DNA of 64,000 nucleotides from Deltaproteobacteria bacterium (GCA_052390235.1 JBQTHB010000006.1:270218-334217), one strand, 5' to 3'. Positions 1-9,665 are shown, numbered from the stretch's first letter. The notes: a model not told the origin generated them from the sequence alone. Program-made: numbers and translations.

Positions 1-286
1 TAGCGGCGGGGCTTCTCCTCACGACCGAAGCTAACACCGGAGGGGTTGATGCCGCCGCTTCTTCGCCTTTTGTATAGTGTTTAGCGACAAGCCCGCCCCA
101 GCTATTTTCACTCTTGGATAGGGCGATGGGATGATTTTTTTGATTGTCCGCCGCCCATAGAGAATTCACCGCCGAGAGCAACAGTAAGATTGAAAGAGAG
201 ATAGCGGCAATGTGTCGAGACGGCGATGAACTTGAGCTGATTTGATTATCCTGGAGGGTTAGGAACGGCGCAAGAGTATTTTTCAT
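1..286 (-). CDS. Hypothetical protein, truncated by the window edge, with an N-terminal hydrophobic/signal-like segment
   Basis: Frame open from ATG 286 to the edge (MKNTLAPFLTLQDNQISSSSSPSRHIAAISLSILLLLSAVNSLWAA...). TATAAT lies 6 nt upstream of the ATG. Confidence 0.55.
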   Translation of the reverse strand, partial: MKNTLAPFLTLQDNQISSSSSPSRHIAAISLSILLLLSAVNSLWAADNQKNHPIALSKSENSWGGLVAKHYTKGEEAAASTPPVLASVVRRSPAA

Positions 287-365
287 GGCTCTATTATATC
301 ATAATCAAATTTAAGAGTGAATTGGGAAAATTGGAAAAAGTTATTAAAGAAATGGGACAAAAATA

Positions 366-400
366 TAAAAGAGACCCTGCATTAGGCAGGGTCTCTTTTA
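366..400. terminator. Intrinsic terminator after the 424-798 gene
   Basis: Perfect inverted repeat TAAAAGAGACCCTGC-attag-GCAGGGTCTCTTTTA. Confidence 0.85.
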
Positions 401-423
401 TTTAATAATAATATATTAAAGCC

Positions 424-798
424 TTATAGGGCTATGCCTAATCCGGCGATGCCGAGAACGTTTACCGCTAGGCTACCATTGACGGCAACAACCTGATTGA
501 CGATGCCAAGAACGGACGCCACAACCGCGTCGAGGTTAACCGGAGGGAGAAGTCCAAGCACCGGCGCAAGAATCGGGGTGAGGCCAAGGGCGCCAAGGAT
601 GTTTAGAACCTGACCCACTACGGCATTTAGAGAGATCAACTGTCCCTGAGTGGCCTGCATCTCTATGTCGGTCATTGTTGACGCGGCAACCTGATCCTGA
701 CCAAACAAGAAGCTGGAGTCAGCCGACCCTAAATCGCTCGCCATAGCCACTGACGATAGGGCCACAGCCATCACTAAAGCTAGAAATACTTTACGCAT
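424..798 (-). CDS. Secreted precursor: signal peptide, acidic pro-region ending EMQATQG, then a very hydrophobic G/V/L-rich core
   Basis: SD AGGAGGTG before ATG 798; Sec-type signal MRKVFLALVMAVALSSVAMA; TTGACA-17-TATAAA promoter upstream; own terminator. Confidence 0.8.
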   Translation of the reverse strand: MRKVFLALVMAVALSSVAMASDLGSADSSFLFGQDQVAASTMTDIEMQATQGQLISLNAVVGQVLNILGALGLTPILAPVLGLLPPVNLDAVVASVLGIVNQVVAVNGSLAVNVLGIAGLGIAL

Positions 799-1132
799 AA
801 CTAACACCTCCTGTAGTAATATTTTAGTAGTTATTTATATATCAATTCAAATTAGATGTCAATACCCATTTATCTATTAATTTGTTATCTCTGATTCTCA
901 TTACTGTTTTTCTTTATTTTTATTACGGGCGAGTTTACGCAAAAAACCGATGAGCCGCAATAGGAATAAACGGAAGAATATCCCAAAAGAATGTATTAGA
1001 ATATAAGGCGCGCAGCCGAGCACAAGGTGGAAAATCAGGCCGTGGGCAGTGTATCGGCGGTTTAAAAATTCATCATCCCGATATATAATCTTGAAATTCA
1101 ACAAACACTATCGCACACAGAGAGGTATTTCC

Positions 1133-1963
1133 ATGTTAATCAAACATCGGAGAGCATGGGCAACAAGAGCAATACTCATCGCGCTGACGCTCGTCATAAA
1201 CTCGACGGCTTCGGCGGCTATTGCCGAGGATTACGACTCGCTCATCAGAAAAGGGGACAAATACTACGAATTATTTGATAACCGCAGGGCTTTGACCGAA
1301 TATGAAAAGGCGTACACAATCGCTCCCGAAAGTTTTGACGCCCTAATGAAGCTCGCCCGCGCTTACAATGACTTGGGGGAGGATTTAAAGGGGGTGAAAT
1401 TCAGCCCTGAGAAATCTAAGTCGCCAAACGCGGCTAAGATTGAGCAGTACTGGCAGAAAGCCGCCGAGTATGCCGAATTATTGAAGAAAAAATTCCCGGA
1501 CAGGGCCGAGACTTACTTTTTGCTTGCTACCACCTACGGGCATCTCGCCATTTTCAAGGACGGCAAAGAGAAAGTTAGGTTCGCCGGCGATGTCGAGAAA
1601 AACTGCAAAAAAGCCATTGAACTCGACCCCGATTTTATTCCCGCCTACGTTGCCCTAGCCGTCTATTACAGGGAAGTGGCAGGGCTTAACTGGGTGCTGA
1701 AGGCATTTGCTAAAACCCTGTACGGGGGAAGGCTCAAAGGCACGATACAGGATTCGGAAAGGCTTCTGCTCGAGGCGATGAAAATCAATCCCGATATTAT
1801 TCACATCCACTACGAGCTTGCTAAGACCTACGTCGTAATGAAGCGGGAAGACAAAGTGGCGGAGCATCTGCGAGAAACGCTCGGCTTGCCGCTCTACGAC
1901 CACCAGGACAGGGAAATAAAACAAGTAGCCGAGAGGGAGCTGAAAAAACTCGCCAAGAAGTAA
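1133..1963 (+). CDS. Secreted TPR-repeat protein
   Basis: SD AGAGGT before ATG 1133; signal peptide ending ASA; TPR-like motifs (ALTEYEKAYTIAP, KAIELDPDFIPAYVALA). Confidence 0.8.
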   Translation: MLIKHRRAWATRAILIALTLVINSTASAAIAEDYDSLIRKGDKYYELFDNRRALTEYEKAYTIAPESFDALMKLARAYNDLGEDLKGVKFSPEKSKSPNAAKIEQYWQKAAEYAELLKKKFPDRAETYFLLATTYGHLAIFKDGKEKVRFAGDVEKNCKKAIELDPDFIPAYVALAVYYREVAGLNWVLKAFAKTLYGGRLKGTIQDSERLLLEAMKINPDIIHIHYELAKTYVVMKREDKVAEHLRETLGLPLYDHQDREIKQVAERELKKLAKK

Positions 1964-1988
1964 ATCCGGTGCTCTTACCTACATAAAA

Positions 1989-3698
1989 ATGCAGACGCCC
2001 CACAAATACGAAAACCTAATTCTTCAGGAAAAAGCTCTAATTCACTCGCTCATCGCCGAGATTAAGACACTCAATTGGGCGAGAACAGAGGATAAATTAA
2101 GAGCCATCGCCCAGAATCTCGACAACCCCTTTTCCATCGTGTTCATCGGCGAATTCAGCACAGGGAAATCCTCGGTAATCAACGCCCTCGTGGGAGAGCG
2201 AATCCTCCCGGAGGGAATCACGCCGACGACGGATAAAATCACAGTTCTGAGGTACGGCGATACAAGAGGCGAGAGGGCGGAGGCAGACGGTAGCCTGCAC
2301 ATATCAATCCCCAAAGAGAGTTTGAGGGGGATTTTAATCGTTGACACTCCGGGAACAAACGTAACCCTTGAGCAGCACGAGCGCATAACCGAGGAATTCA
2401 TACCTAGGGCGGACATCGTGTTCTTCGTCATTGGCGCGGAGAGAGCCGTTACTGAGAGCGAAGCCCGGCTTATCGCCTTCATCAAGGACGACTGGAAAAA
2501 AAGCGTAGTTTTTGTAATCAACAAAATTGACACCGTCGAGAACGAAGAGGAATTCCAGAGGCTTCTGGGACACACGGGCGGCGAAATTGAGCGCATATTC
2601 AGGATAAAACCCGCTCTCATCCCCCTATCGGCAAAGCTCGCCATGCGCGCGAAGACCGAGGGAAACGCAGAACTCATGGCGGCAAGCGGGATGCCTGCGC
2701 TTCGGGAGTACATATTTAAAACCCTCGGCGAGGAAGAGCGGATTAAAATCAAGATAAGAGACTCATCAGCCCTTGCGCAGAGCCTCCTTGGGGAAATGGA
2801 AGAGATGCTCACCGCAAGCCTCGGCAAGATTTCAAGCGACACCTTGCACATCGGGCAGTTCGAGACGAGTCTCGACGGGATGAAGGCGGAGATTTTGCAA
2901 AACTCCACTCAGTTCACCGAGAAAATCCGAAGCAGGCTCTTGGAATTCAAAACTAAGGGGATTGAATTTATTGACAACCTCATAAGGGTCGAGAACGTTC
3001 TGAGCCTGTTTAGAAAGGAGCGAATTGCAAAAGAATTCGAGAGCCAAGTTTCGCTCCAAACCATGAAGGAGCTAGAGAGAGACCTCGACGCCATGGTTGT
3101 TTGGGCTGAGAGGGCATCAAAAAACTTTATGGACGGCTCGATTGATTTCTACCGCAAGTCCCTGCTGTCGGATTCAATCCAAGAGGGTGGCACGGGTTTT
3201 GCCTCCGCGAGAATTCAGCTACTGGACACCGTAAGGTCGGAGCTTGAGGCGAGGCGCAGGCAGATTGACCCCGCTATACTTGGGAGCAATTTGGTGGATT
3301 CGGCAAGAGGGGCAGTGGCATCGGTGCTTGGGGTGCAGATAGGCTCGCTTGCGGTAGGGTCGGCGGTGATTTCGGCGTTTTCCTCGCTGATAGTGGACAT
3401 CACGGGGATACTCGCCACTCTGGCTATTATGGCGACAGCCTTTGCCATCATCCCTCGAAAGAGGCGAGAGGCGATGAGGGATTTTGGAGGGAAGGTTGAC
3501 GGGCTAATTTCGGAGCTTACCGGAAGCGTTGAGTCGCAATTCGAGCGAGACCTCGAGGGGATTAGAATGCAGATTCAAGACTCCCTCTCGCCGCTTAGAA
3601 ATTTCTATAAAATACAGGCAAAAAGACTCGAAGACTCGCAACATAGGGTGCGGGAAATTGAGGGCAGGCTCGGAGACATCCTAAAAGCCGTATCCTAG
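1989..3698 (+). CDS. Bacterial dynamin-like GTPase
   Basis: GEFSTGKSS P-loop, TPTT, DTPG and NKID motifs; helical stalk and C-terminal hydrophobic paddle. Confidence 0.85.
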   Translation: MQTPHKYENLILQEKALIHSLIAEIKTLNWARTEDKLRAIAQNLDNPFSIVFIGEFSTGKSSVINALVGERILPEGITPTTDKITVLRYGDTRGERAEADGSLHISIPKESLRGILIVDTPGTNVTLEQHERITEEFIPRADIVFFVIGAERAVTESEARLIAFIKDDWKKSVVFVINKIDTVENEEEFQRLLGHTGGEIERIFRIKPALIPLSAKLAMRAKTEGNAELMAASGMPALREYIFKTLGEEERIKIKIRDSSALAQSLLGEMEEMLTASLGKISSDTLHIGQFETSLDGMKAEILQNSTQFTEKIRSRLLEFKTKGIEFIDNLIRVENVLSLFRKERIAKEFESQVSLQTMKELERDLDAMVVWAERASKNFMDGSIDFYRKSLLSDSIQEGGTGFASARIQLLDTVRSELEARRRQIDPAILGSNLVDSARGAVASVLGVQIGSLAVGSAVISAFSSLIVDITGILATLAIMATAFAIIPRKRREAMRDFGGKVDGLISELTGSVESQFERDLEGIRMQIQDSLSPLRNFYKIQAKRLEDSQHRVREIEGRLGDILKAVS

Positions 3699-3800
3699 CC
3701 AACACCCCCAGCCTCGCTCCTGCGTCACGAATAGGACTTGGCATATCCGCCGATTCCCTTTATATTATCCCGCAAAAATCAACAATTGGAGATTAACCAC

Positions 3801-4415
3801 GTGTCACCGTTCCCTCATCAGTTTTACCGCTGGCGTCCGCATCCTTGGCACGGGCTTGAAGTAGGCCCGAATCCGCCCGCCGTCGTCCACGCTTATATCG
3901 AAATCACGCCGTTTGATTTGGTGAAATACGAGGTTGACAAGCTAACCGGATATCTGCGCGTTGACCGCCCTCAGAAAACGTCTTCCCAAACCCCCGCGCT
4001 CTACGGATTTATCCCTCGCACCTACTGCGGAGATAGGGTGAGCCAACTGTCGTCCAATACCAGCCGAGGCGATGGAGACCCGCTCGACATCTGCGTTATC
4101 AGCGAAAGACCGATAAACCGCTCCGAGGTTATCTTAAACGCCAGAGTCGTCGGAGGGCTTCAGGGCGTGGACAGCGACGAGGCGGACGATAAAATCATCG
4201 CCGTTCTCGAAAAAGACCACGTTTGGGGGAAGGTCGAAGATATAGATGAGTTGCCGGGGATTTTAGTCGAGCGGCTAACGCACTACTTCAGCACCTATAA
4301 GCTCAATCCCGGAACGCCGTCCCAGATGATCATCGAGAGGGTCTATAACCGTGAACATGCCATAAAGGTCATCAACGCCGCCATCGAGGACTATAACCAC
4401 GAGTACGGGGTTTAA
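3801..4415 (+). CDS. ppa: Family I inorganic pyrophosphatase
   Basis: HPWH, KYE, YGFIPRT, DGDPLD and DDKIIAV motifs. GTG 3801 follows GGAG; TTGGCA-17-TATATT upstream. Confidence 0.92.
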   Translation: MSPFPHQFYRWRPHPWHGLEVGPNPPAVVHAYIEITPFDLVKYEVDKLTGYLRVDRPQKTSSQTPALYGFIPRTYCGDRVSQLSSNTSRGDGDPLDICVISERPINRSEVILNARVVGGLQGVDSDEADDKIIAVLEKDHVWGKVEDIDELPGILVERLTHYFSTYKLNPGTPSQMIIERVYNREHAIKVINAAIEDYNHEYGV

Positions 4416-4432
4416 TTAACACTCCGAGAGAT

Positions 4433-4484
4433 GAAAAAAGGCGGGAGAGTTCCAGACTCTAATTCGAGTTTCCCGCCCTTTTTC
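4433..4484. terminator. Bidirectional intrinsic terminator between ppa and the lipoprotein gene
   Basis: GAAAAAAGGCGGGA...TCCCGCCTTTTTTC between convergent genes. Confidence 0.85.
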
Positions 4485-4504
4485 GCTGCCGAGATATAAA
4501 ACCC

Positions 4505-4867
4505 CTATCTGATAGCGGTTATTTTATTGTTCGCGTCGTACTCCACAACTATCCTTCGGCAGTCGCCGGAGGCATCGCTTATTGCCTCGACGGGGGTTCC
4601 TACAACCTCCCACAAGCCAACGGTCAGAAAGTCCAGGATACCGTGTCCGATAGCCCTGCCGACCGACCCCTCTTTGCCCCTGCACGCGATGAACGTATCG
4701 GCGTTGGTTGAAACCGATTCAGGACTGCCGAGATTAGCCCTAACCACTCCCCTGTCCTCTCCCGTTTTGAGGACGGATAAATCCGTATCCGGCGTGCCGT
4801 GAAGAGCCATACCGACGCTGCACGAGCCGAGCATAAAAGCCAATAAAACTGTCAGAATAAGATTCAT
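4505..4867 (-). CDS. Small lipoprotein (SmpA/BamE-like pattern with an inserted hydrophobic hairpin), function unknown
   Basis: SD GAGGTG before ATG 4867; lipobox LGS-C; LKTG..R..V...LGSP and terminal VEYDANNKI pattern. Confidence 0.75.
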   Translation of the reverse strand: MNLILTVLLAFMLGSCSVGMALHGTPDTDLSVLKTGEDRGVVRANLGSPESVSTNADTFIACRGKEGSVGRAIGHGILDFLTVGLWEVVGTPVEAISDASGDCRRIVVEYDANNKITAIR

Positions 4868-4932
4868 AATGAAATCACCTCGATTGATGTTTCCATTAAA
4901 TCTAAGGCTGGATGGGAAAATGCGTATAGAAA

Positions 4933-4953
4933 GCAATATTGCCGAAATGTTGC
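4933..4953. repeat. 21-bp site, left copy (GCAATATTGCCGAAATGTTGC); exact inverted copy of 15859-15879
   Basis: Base-by-base match to the reverse complement of 15859-15879; overlaps the stop codon of the last cas-cassette gene by 1 nt. Confidence 0.95.
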
Positions 4954-6038
4954 TAGGGCAGAACGGGAGGCTTTATCCGAGAGGGGTCAAGGTGAATCCC
5001 ATAGCGCGTGGCCCCGTAGGCGCGCTTGAAGTGAAGCGGGGCAATTTTATAGTGTATTGCAAGGGCGGAGTCGCCGAGAGCGGCATCTATGGAGTTATTT
5101 ATTTTACTTATATCCTGACGAATGTTATCTGCGGCGAATGAGTATTTTTGGACATCCGTATTTGGGAGCATACTCAGTATATGATTCTTAATCTCATCTG
5201 CACAGCCACCGACCGAACCTTTCCCTTTCAGCGGCTCGAAAGCGGCATCTTCGGGAAGGGTTCTGCGCCTCTCGCAATAATGGGCGTAGAGGGCGAGGTG
5301 CTTCGGTTCTAGACGCACTTCTCTCGCTCCTATAACGAGACAGCGCCCCTTAAAATCAACGCAAAGCGCGTCCAAACGCGGCATTGAGTCAATTTCTCTC
5401 TGCGCGGCGGCTACCATTTTGCCGAACGAGAGATTATCGGAATCATCGAAGAGGCGAGCCAATTTATCCCTCAGCCTGACGTAGGGAATCTCGGCGAGGT
5501 GTACCGCCGCTTTGGCGGATTTGGGCGGATAAAAGAAAGCCCTATCCCTCTCTGCCTCCTCGTCAACGAGGACGTGAGATAGAGTATCCTGCCGCCTGCC
5601 GAACAGCATCATGGCGTAAGCAAGATAAACGGACATAGTTTTTCTCCCGCCGGCGATGGAGCAGTGGAGAATCGTATCCTCATCCCCAGCCAGTTCGCGG
5701 ATGAATTCGGTGATTCGGTCGGCGGCGGTTTCGTTGTCGCGGGCGGAGCGAATGTCGGCAAGGGGCGTCCCTTTGGAATCCCTGAGCAGTACGATGGAGC
5801 TTTCGTCGAATTTTATTGACGATGAGTCTATTCCGTAATCCCGGCAGAGTTGAGAGAACTTGCCGCTCTCCTCATCCAGCAATTTAGACAGAATCTCCCT
5901 CTTCCCGTCCAGCGTCGTTATAACGTAAATCTCGGAAATCGCGCTTCGGGGCTTTTTGATTTGTGTGAGATAGTAAAGAGTCTCAGTAACAACCTGCGGA
6001 GTGAGTCCTGCGACTGCGATGAGGATTTCTCTTTTCAT
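4953..6038 (-). CDS. CRISPR-associated NE0113-family CARF protein (ring-nuclease-like) with a C-terminal OmpR-like winged-helix domain
   Basis: ILIAVAGLTPQVVTETLY, DIRS..DN, CSIAGGRKTMS and LSHVLV motifs. C-terminus REVRLEPKHLALY...IRQDISKIN...RYGIHL resembles an OmpR-type wHTH. TGATG coupling with the upstream gene. Confidence 0.85.
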   Translation of the reverse strand: MKREILIAVAGLTPQVVTETLYYLTQIKKPRSAISEIYVITTLDGKREILSKLLDEESGKFSQLCRDYGIDSSSIKFDESSIVLLRDSKGTPLADIRSARDNETAADRITEFIRELAGDEDTILHCSIAGGRKTMSVYLAYAMMLFGRRQDTLSHVLVDEEAERDRAFFYPPKSAKAAVHLAEIPYVRLRDKLARLFDDSDNLSFGKMVAAAQREIDSMPRLDALCVDFKGRCLVIGAREVRLEPKHLALYAHYCERRRTLPEDAAFEPLKGKGSVGGCADEIKNHILSMLPNTDVQKYSFAADNIRQDISKINNSIDAALGDSALAIHYKIAPLHFKRAYGATRYGIHLDPSRIKPPVLP

Positions 6039-7291
6039 CACGCCCATCCGAGTTTCGGAAACTCCACTTTGTAATCCGCGCCCGTATGCCGGAGGAATTT
6101 TTCTAGGATTGATACAAGTTTCTCAAATGTTTCTTTCGACACAGGCGAGAGTCCGTGGGCAAGGATGGATGAATTCCTTGCAGCGAGAATTTTTTTCATA
6201 TCCTCTTCGCGCTCGAAAAAAACCCTGCCGAATTCACTGCCGGCCTCTTTTAGCAGGGCGAATGTGTCGTAAAGAGGAATTTTTATTTTGCCGTCGTGGG
6301 CTGTGTGCTTTCTCTTCATCTCCTCTCTCAGGGATTCGGGGAGTTTTTTGGCATCGGCGTCGGACGTATCGCACCCGAATTGCCGCTTGAATTCAATCTG
6401 TCCTATCATCTCAAGAGAGCGGTAGAGCCTCGCGACGGCGTCGTCATATTTGCCCTCTTCGGCGCGGCGGCGGGCGTTGTGGAAGAGGTCGAAGACCGAG
6501 GCGAAGTGGGACTCTTTAAAGTTTTGGGTTTTGCTGCTCAGCTCTTTGAGGAACTGGATATTCACGTTCACGGCTTCGAGAAATACCGAGAGTATTTTAT
6601 CCTCACTGTATTTCAGGTACTCGCCGAGTCTATTTTTCACCTTCTCCATAGTCGAGAGCGCCGCCTTATGCTCGAAGCTGTCCCATAGCTCGTATAAGGC
6701 GATTAGCTCCGTGAGGCTCTCGTAAACTGCCTTGAGCGGGCCGCTAAGCACGCCGCTGAGTTTCTCCGAAATATTTTTGGCGGCGGAGAACTGGTAGCTG
6801 TTGAAAAAGAGGGCGATTTTCTTCCTATCTTCAACATAGAGAACCTGCCAAGGGCTTAATGCGGTTTTTATCTCCTCCGCGCCGCTGATAACCACGCCAA
6901 GACCTCCTTTCGATCGATGCGTCCCGCCAACGTAGGAAAAATGAGTGAACTTTGTAACTGTTGCAAGCACCAAGGCAGCGCTCATAGGTTTTGTACCGCC
7001 TGTAAAGTCAATAACAACATCTTCTAGGGAAATTCCCTGTTTTTCGATTTTGATCGACAGTTCCAGAGCTTTCTCGTAGCAATGATCGAGGCTCTGCGGG
7101 TCGTCAACGATAATTGACTCTATCGCGGGTGAAATCCCGGCCTCGACGAGTTTGTTTTTTACTTTTGGATATTCGTCGGAGTTGCTTTGTTGAGAAGAGA
7201 AGAAGCAGATATAATCCGGCTTGTGGCTCTCTATGGATTTTAGAATCGGATCGATTGAGCCGCCGAGAGAAACCACGAGGGCTTTAGGCAT
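6038..7291 (-). CDS. csm6: Csm6-like CARF-HEPN ribonuclease (TIGR02710-like)
   Basis: CARF motifs VVSLGGS and IDFTGGTKPMS; YDDAVARLYRSLE; HEPN motif RNSSILAH; TAATG coupling. Confidence 0.85.
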   Translation of the reverse strand: MPKALVVSLGGSIDPILKSIESHKPDYICFFSSQQSNSDEYPKVKNKLVEAGISPAIESIIVDDPQSLDHCYEKALELSIKIEKQGISLEDVVIDFTGGTKPMSAALVLATVTKFTHFSYVGGTHRSKGGLGVVISGAEEIKTALSPWQVLYVEDRKKIALFFNSYQFSAAKNISEKLSGVLSGPLKAVYESLTELIALYELWDSFEHKAALSTMEKVKNRLGEYLKYSEDKILSVFLEAVNVNIQFLKELSSKTQNFKESHFASVFDLFHNARRRAEEGKYDDAVARLYRSLEMIGQIEFKRQFGCDTSDADAKKLPESLREEMKRKHTAHDGKIKIPLYDTFALLKEAGSEFGRVFFEREEDMKKILAARNSSILAHGLSPVSKETFEKLVSILEKFLRHTGADYKVEFPKLGWA

Positions 7292-8439
7292 TATTTGCAC
7301 CTTGACTCGACTTCGTTAAATTCTTTGTAATGTTCTTTGAGAATATCATTATCTTCTATATATCTTTCATAATTATTATGGTCTAAAAATATCTCCACGA
7401 CTTTTATAGCCCCAGCTTCTTCAAAATAAAATATACGCTCGGCGGTGTGAGGCTTCTTAAAGCAGAGGCAATCGGTTTTAAGACTCTCAAACTTTTCATG
7501 GAGGAACTGAGAGCGCTTCTGAGAATCTTTTAAGTCCTTAAAATAACTTTGAATCTTATCGAGTTGCTCGCCGTTCAAGTCGGCATATACCTTTTTTGCC
7601 TTGTGTGATAAATGAATCTTCGTGCTGTCATCTTGCAAGAACTGCTTGTAAAGTAGTTCACCCAGAGCGGAGAACGTTACGGATTGACCGTCGTCCTCGA
7701 TCATCGCCGAGAATTTTTCATATTCCTCATCGTCGAGACCCTTTCGGAATTCCCTCATACCGATTATGGATTTACTATGCACCTTGTCGAATTTAGCCTT
7801 ATGCTGATTTAGAAATTCTTTGTTGTAAGTTATCGGCAAAGCCGGCAGTTCTATCAGATAATCTGTATCTTCAAAGGTATAGACCACTTTGACTGAATTT
7901 ATCATGCCGACAAATGTGGTGTAAGGAATAACCGCTTTGAAACCTCCCGTGATGTTAAAGATTATCTCATATTCGTAGCGGCTCTTTTCAATAATATTCA
8001 TCAGCTTATCAATAAAATTTCTGACCCCTTCCTTTCTAAACCTCTCGGAATCTTTGACCTGAAGCCCTTTCACTTCCTCAGTTTTTACGCTGCAACCGAA
8101 TTCTCCTTTGATATATTGCTCAATAACCTCGGCGCACAAATTGCCGTCCATTGTTTCGGTAGCGAATAGATAAACCACGTCGGCTTCAGTAATTCCCAGC
8201 TTAGCCAAGCTCTTGATTTCGGCTGAGGATTTATTTAAGTCGCTATTTTTATCGAGATTTAAACCGCTCAGGCGGCTAAGACACTGTTTTTTCAGTTCTT
8301 CAAATTCTCGGGAGTAATCTCCTCTCAAACCGGACGATTTCCCCTCAATGCTCTCAACGAGGTTCTTCAGGCTGTCTTTCTTCTCCCGCAAGTGAAATAA
8401 TAGCGATGTTCCGACAGTGGTAAGCGCCATTTTTCTCAT
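7291..8439 (-). CDS. cami1: CARF (APE2256-like)-RelE fusion, Cami1-like cOA-activated mRNA interferase
   Basis: TTVGTSL, SAEIKSL, FNITGGFKA and YTFE...LIELP CARF motifs; C-terminal RelE-like region (IHLSHKAKK...ERIFY...VVEIFLDHNNYE). Confidence 0.75.
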   Translation of the reverse strand: MRKMALTTVGTSLLFHLREKKDSLKNLVESIEGKSSGLRGDYSREFEELKKQCLSRLSGLNLDKNSDLNKSSAEIKSLAKLGITEADVVYLFATETMDGNLCAEVIEQYIKGEFGCSVKTEEVKGLQVKDSERFRKEGVRNFIDKLMNIIEKSRYEYEIIFNITGGFKAVIPYTTFVGMINSVKVVYTFEDTDYLIELPALPITYNKEFLNQHKAKFDKVHSKSIIGMREFRKGLDDEEYEKFSAMIEDDGQSVTFSALGELLYKQFLQDDSTKIHLSHKAKKVYADLNGEQLDKIQSYFKDLKDSQKRSQFLHEKFESLKTDCLCFKKPHTAERIFYFEEAGAIKVVEIFLDHNNYERYIEDNDILKEHYKEFNEVESRCK

Positions 8440-8451
8440 GGCTTCATCTCC

Positions 8452-9270
8452 TCATTCAAAATACCCATACCCCGCGCTCGTTTTCGCTCCGACTCCAAGC
8501 TCCTTGAGGCCATTTTCAAGCCAGCCTTTAGCTAACTTGGCGAGGCTATCTTCCCTAGAAGCCACGGCAAAATAAAACTCCGCTCCTCCGTCCAATGTAA
8601 GAAAGAAAATGGGATTCGGACTCAGGTAATCTGCCGGCGGCGTTTTGCCAGAGGAGTCGCTGTAGTAATCCTGATAGTGCGGATTCATTATGTCTAATTT
8701 GAGTTTGGGAAATTTGACTGGAATGGCGTCGAAGAATACGACTTTGCCCTGACTGGATTTCGGCTTTGACTCATCTCCATTGTCCTGACTATTCTTCAGT
8801 GTGGGTTGCAAGCCGAAGACATCTGTAATCCGCTTGTCGGAATCGTCAATACCTTCTACCGTATTTGCATAAGCCTTAGCCAGCCCTTTCAAGCCGCTTC
8901 CCGGAATTATCGGGAATCCGTAAACCCTGTGAAGCATCATGCTCGTTTCAAGAACACTCCCTGAGCCAAGCCCGACGACCATCCGCCACTGAGTTTTGAG
9001 TTTTTTTTCGCCGATATTCCACCCGCTATTTTTCAGTGATTGCAATGACGCCGAGAATCTTTTGTTATAATCCGCCAGGTATTCCGGCGGGTAAGAAACC
9101 TTCTGAACTTCTCTGAGAAACTCACCTTTGCTCTTTCCCTCCAATTTCCAATTCCTGTCCCAATGTGAAATATATTTCGCCATCAAAAGTCCGAGATTCT
9201 TGCAATCTCTGAGGTTACTTTCAAGAATTTGGGACACTTCCTCTGGCAATGGAAAACTTGGTCTGCTCAT
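8452..9270 (-). CDS. cmr6: Type III-B RAMP Cmr6
   Basis: RMVVGLG, PIIPGSGLKG, DIMNPHY, GVGAKTSAGYG. Confidence 0.95.
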   Translation of the reverse strand: MSRPSFPLPEEVSQILESNLRDCKNLGLLMAKYISHWDRNWKLEGKSKGEFLREVQKVSYPPEYLADYNKRFSASLQSLKNSGWNIGEKKLKTQWRMVVGLGSGSVLETSMMLHRVYGFPIIPGSGLKGLAKAYANTVEGIDDSDKRITDVFGLQPTLKNSQDNGDESKPKSSQGKVVFFDAIPVKFPKLKLDIMNPHYQDYYSDSSGKTPPADYLSPNPIFFLTLDGGAEFYFAVASREDSLAKLAKGWLENGLKELGVGAKTSAGYGYFE

Positions 9271-9665
9271 TTATTAGTACCCTCCTCCGGCAGTACGGCT
9301 TCGGCAAAGCGTTTTAGCCAGTTTAGAAATGCTAAGGTCTCGGCTGTAGCTTGTCGGTACTTTGCGCTGTCTCCGCTGATAACCTTTTGCACTAACTCGC
9401 CCCGTTGATAAATATTACTTTCGATAATCAGCCAACTGCTCAAGTGTCCGTAAAGCAGGTCGTGTTCCCCGCCTTTCGATTTGAAGAATGCCAGAGTCTG
9501 CCCCAAGCCGTTAGTGAGAATCAGGACAGGAGTTTTCAGCGCAAGAGACCTATATTTTTTCTTTGTATCTTTGTCTTTTTGGTTAATTTCATTTACAAAG
9601 TCCCAAGCCTTGCTCGCTCGTTTTTGCTCAAGGGTTTGAATCAGGCTCTGTTTATTTTCCGCCAT
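9267..9665 (-). CDS. cmr5: Type III-B small subunit Cmr5
   Basis: QTLEQKRA, ILTNGLGQTLAF, WLKRFAEA; SD GGGAGG before ATG 9665. Confidence 0.93.
   Translation of the reverse strand: MAENKQSLIQTLEQKRASKAWDFVNEINQKDKDTKKKYRSLALKTPVLILTNGLGQTLAFFKSKGGEHDLLYGHLSSWLIIESNIYQRGELVQKVISGDSAKYRQATAETLAFLNWLKRFAEAVLPEEGTNK

Noticed and set aside
2042..2908. Long antisense ORFs (for example 2042-2908, 15158-15757, 26661-27218, 46596-47087)
   Set aside because: Shadow frames of well-supported genes with no recognisable motifs.
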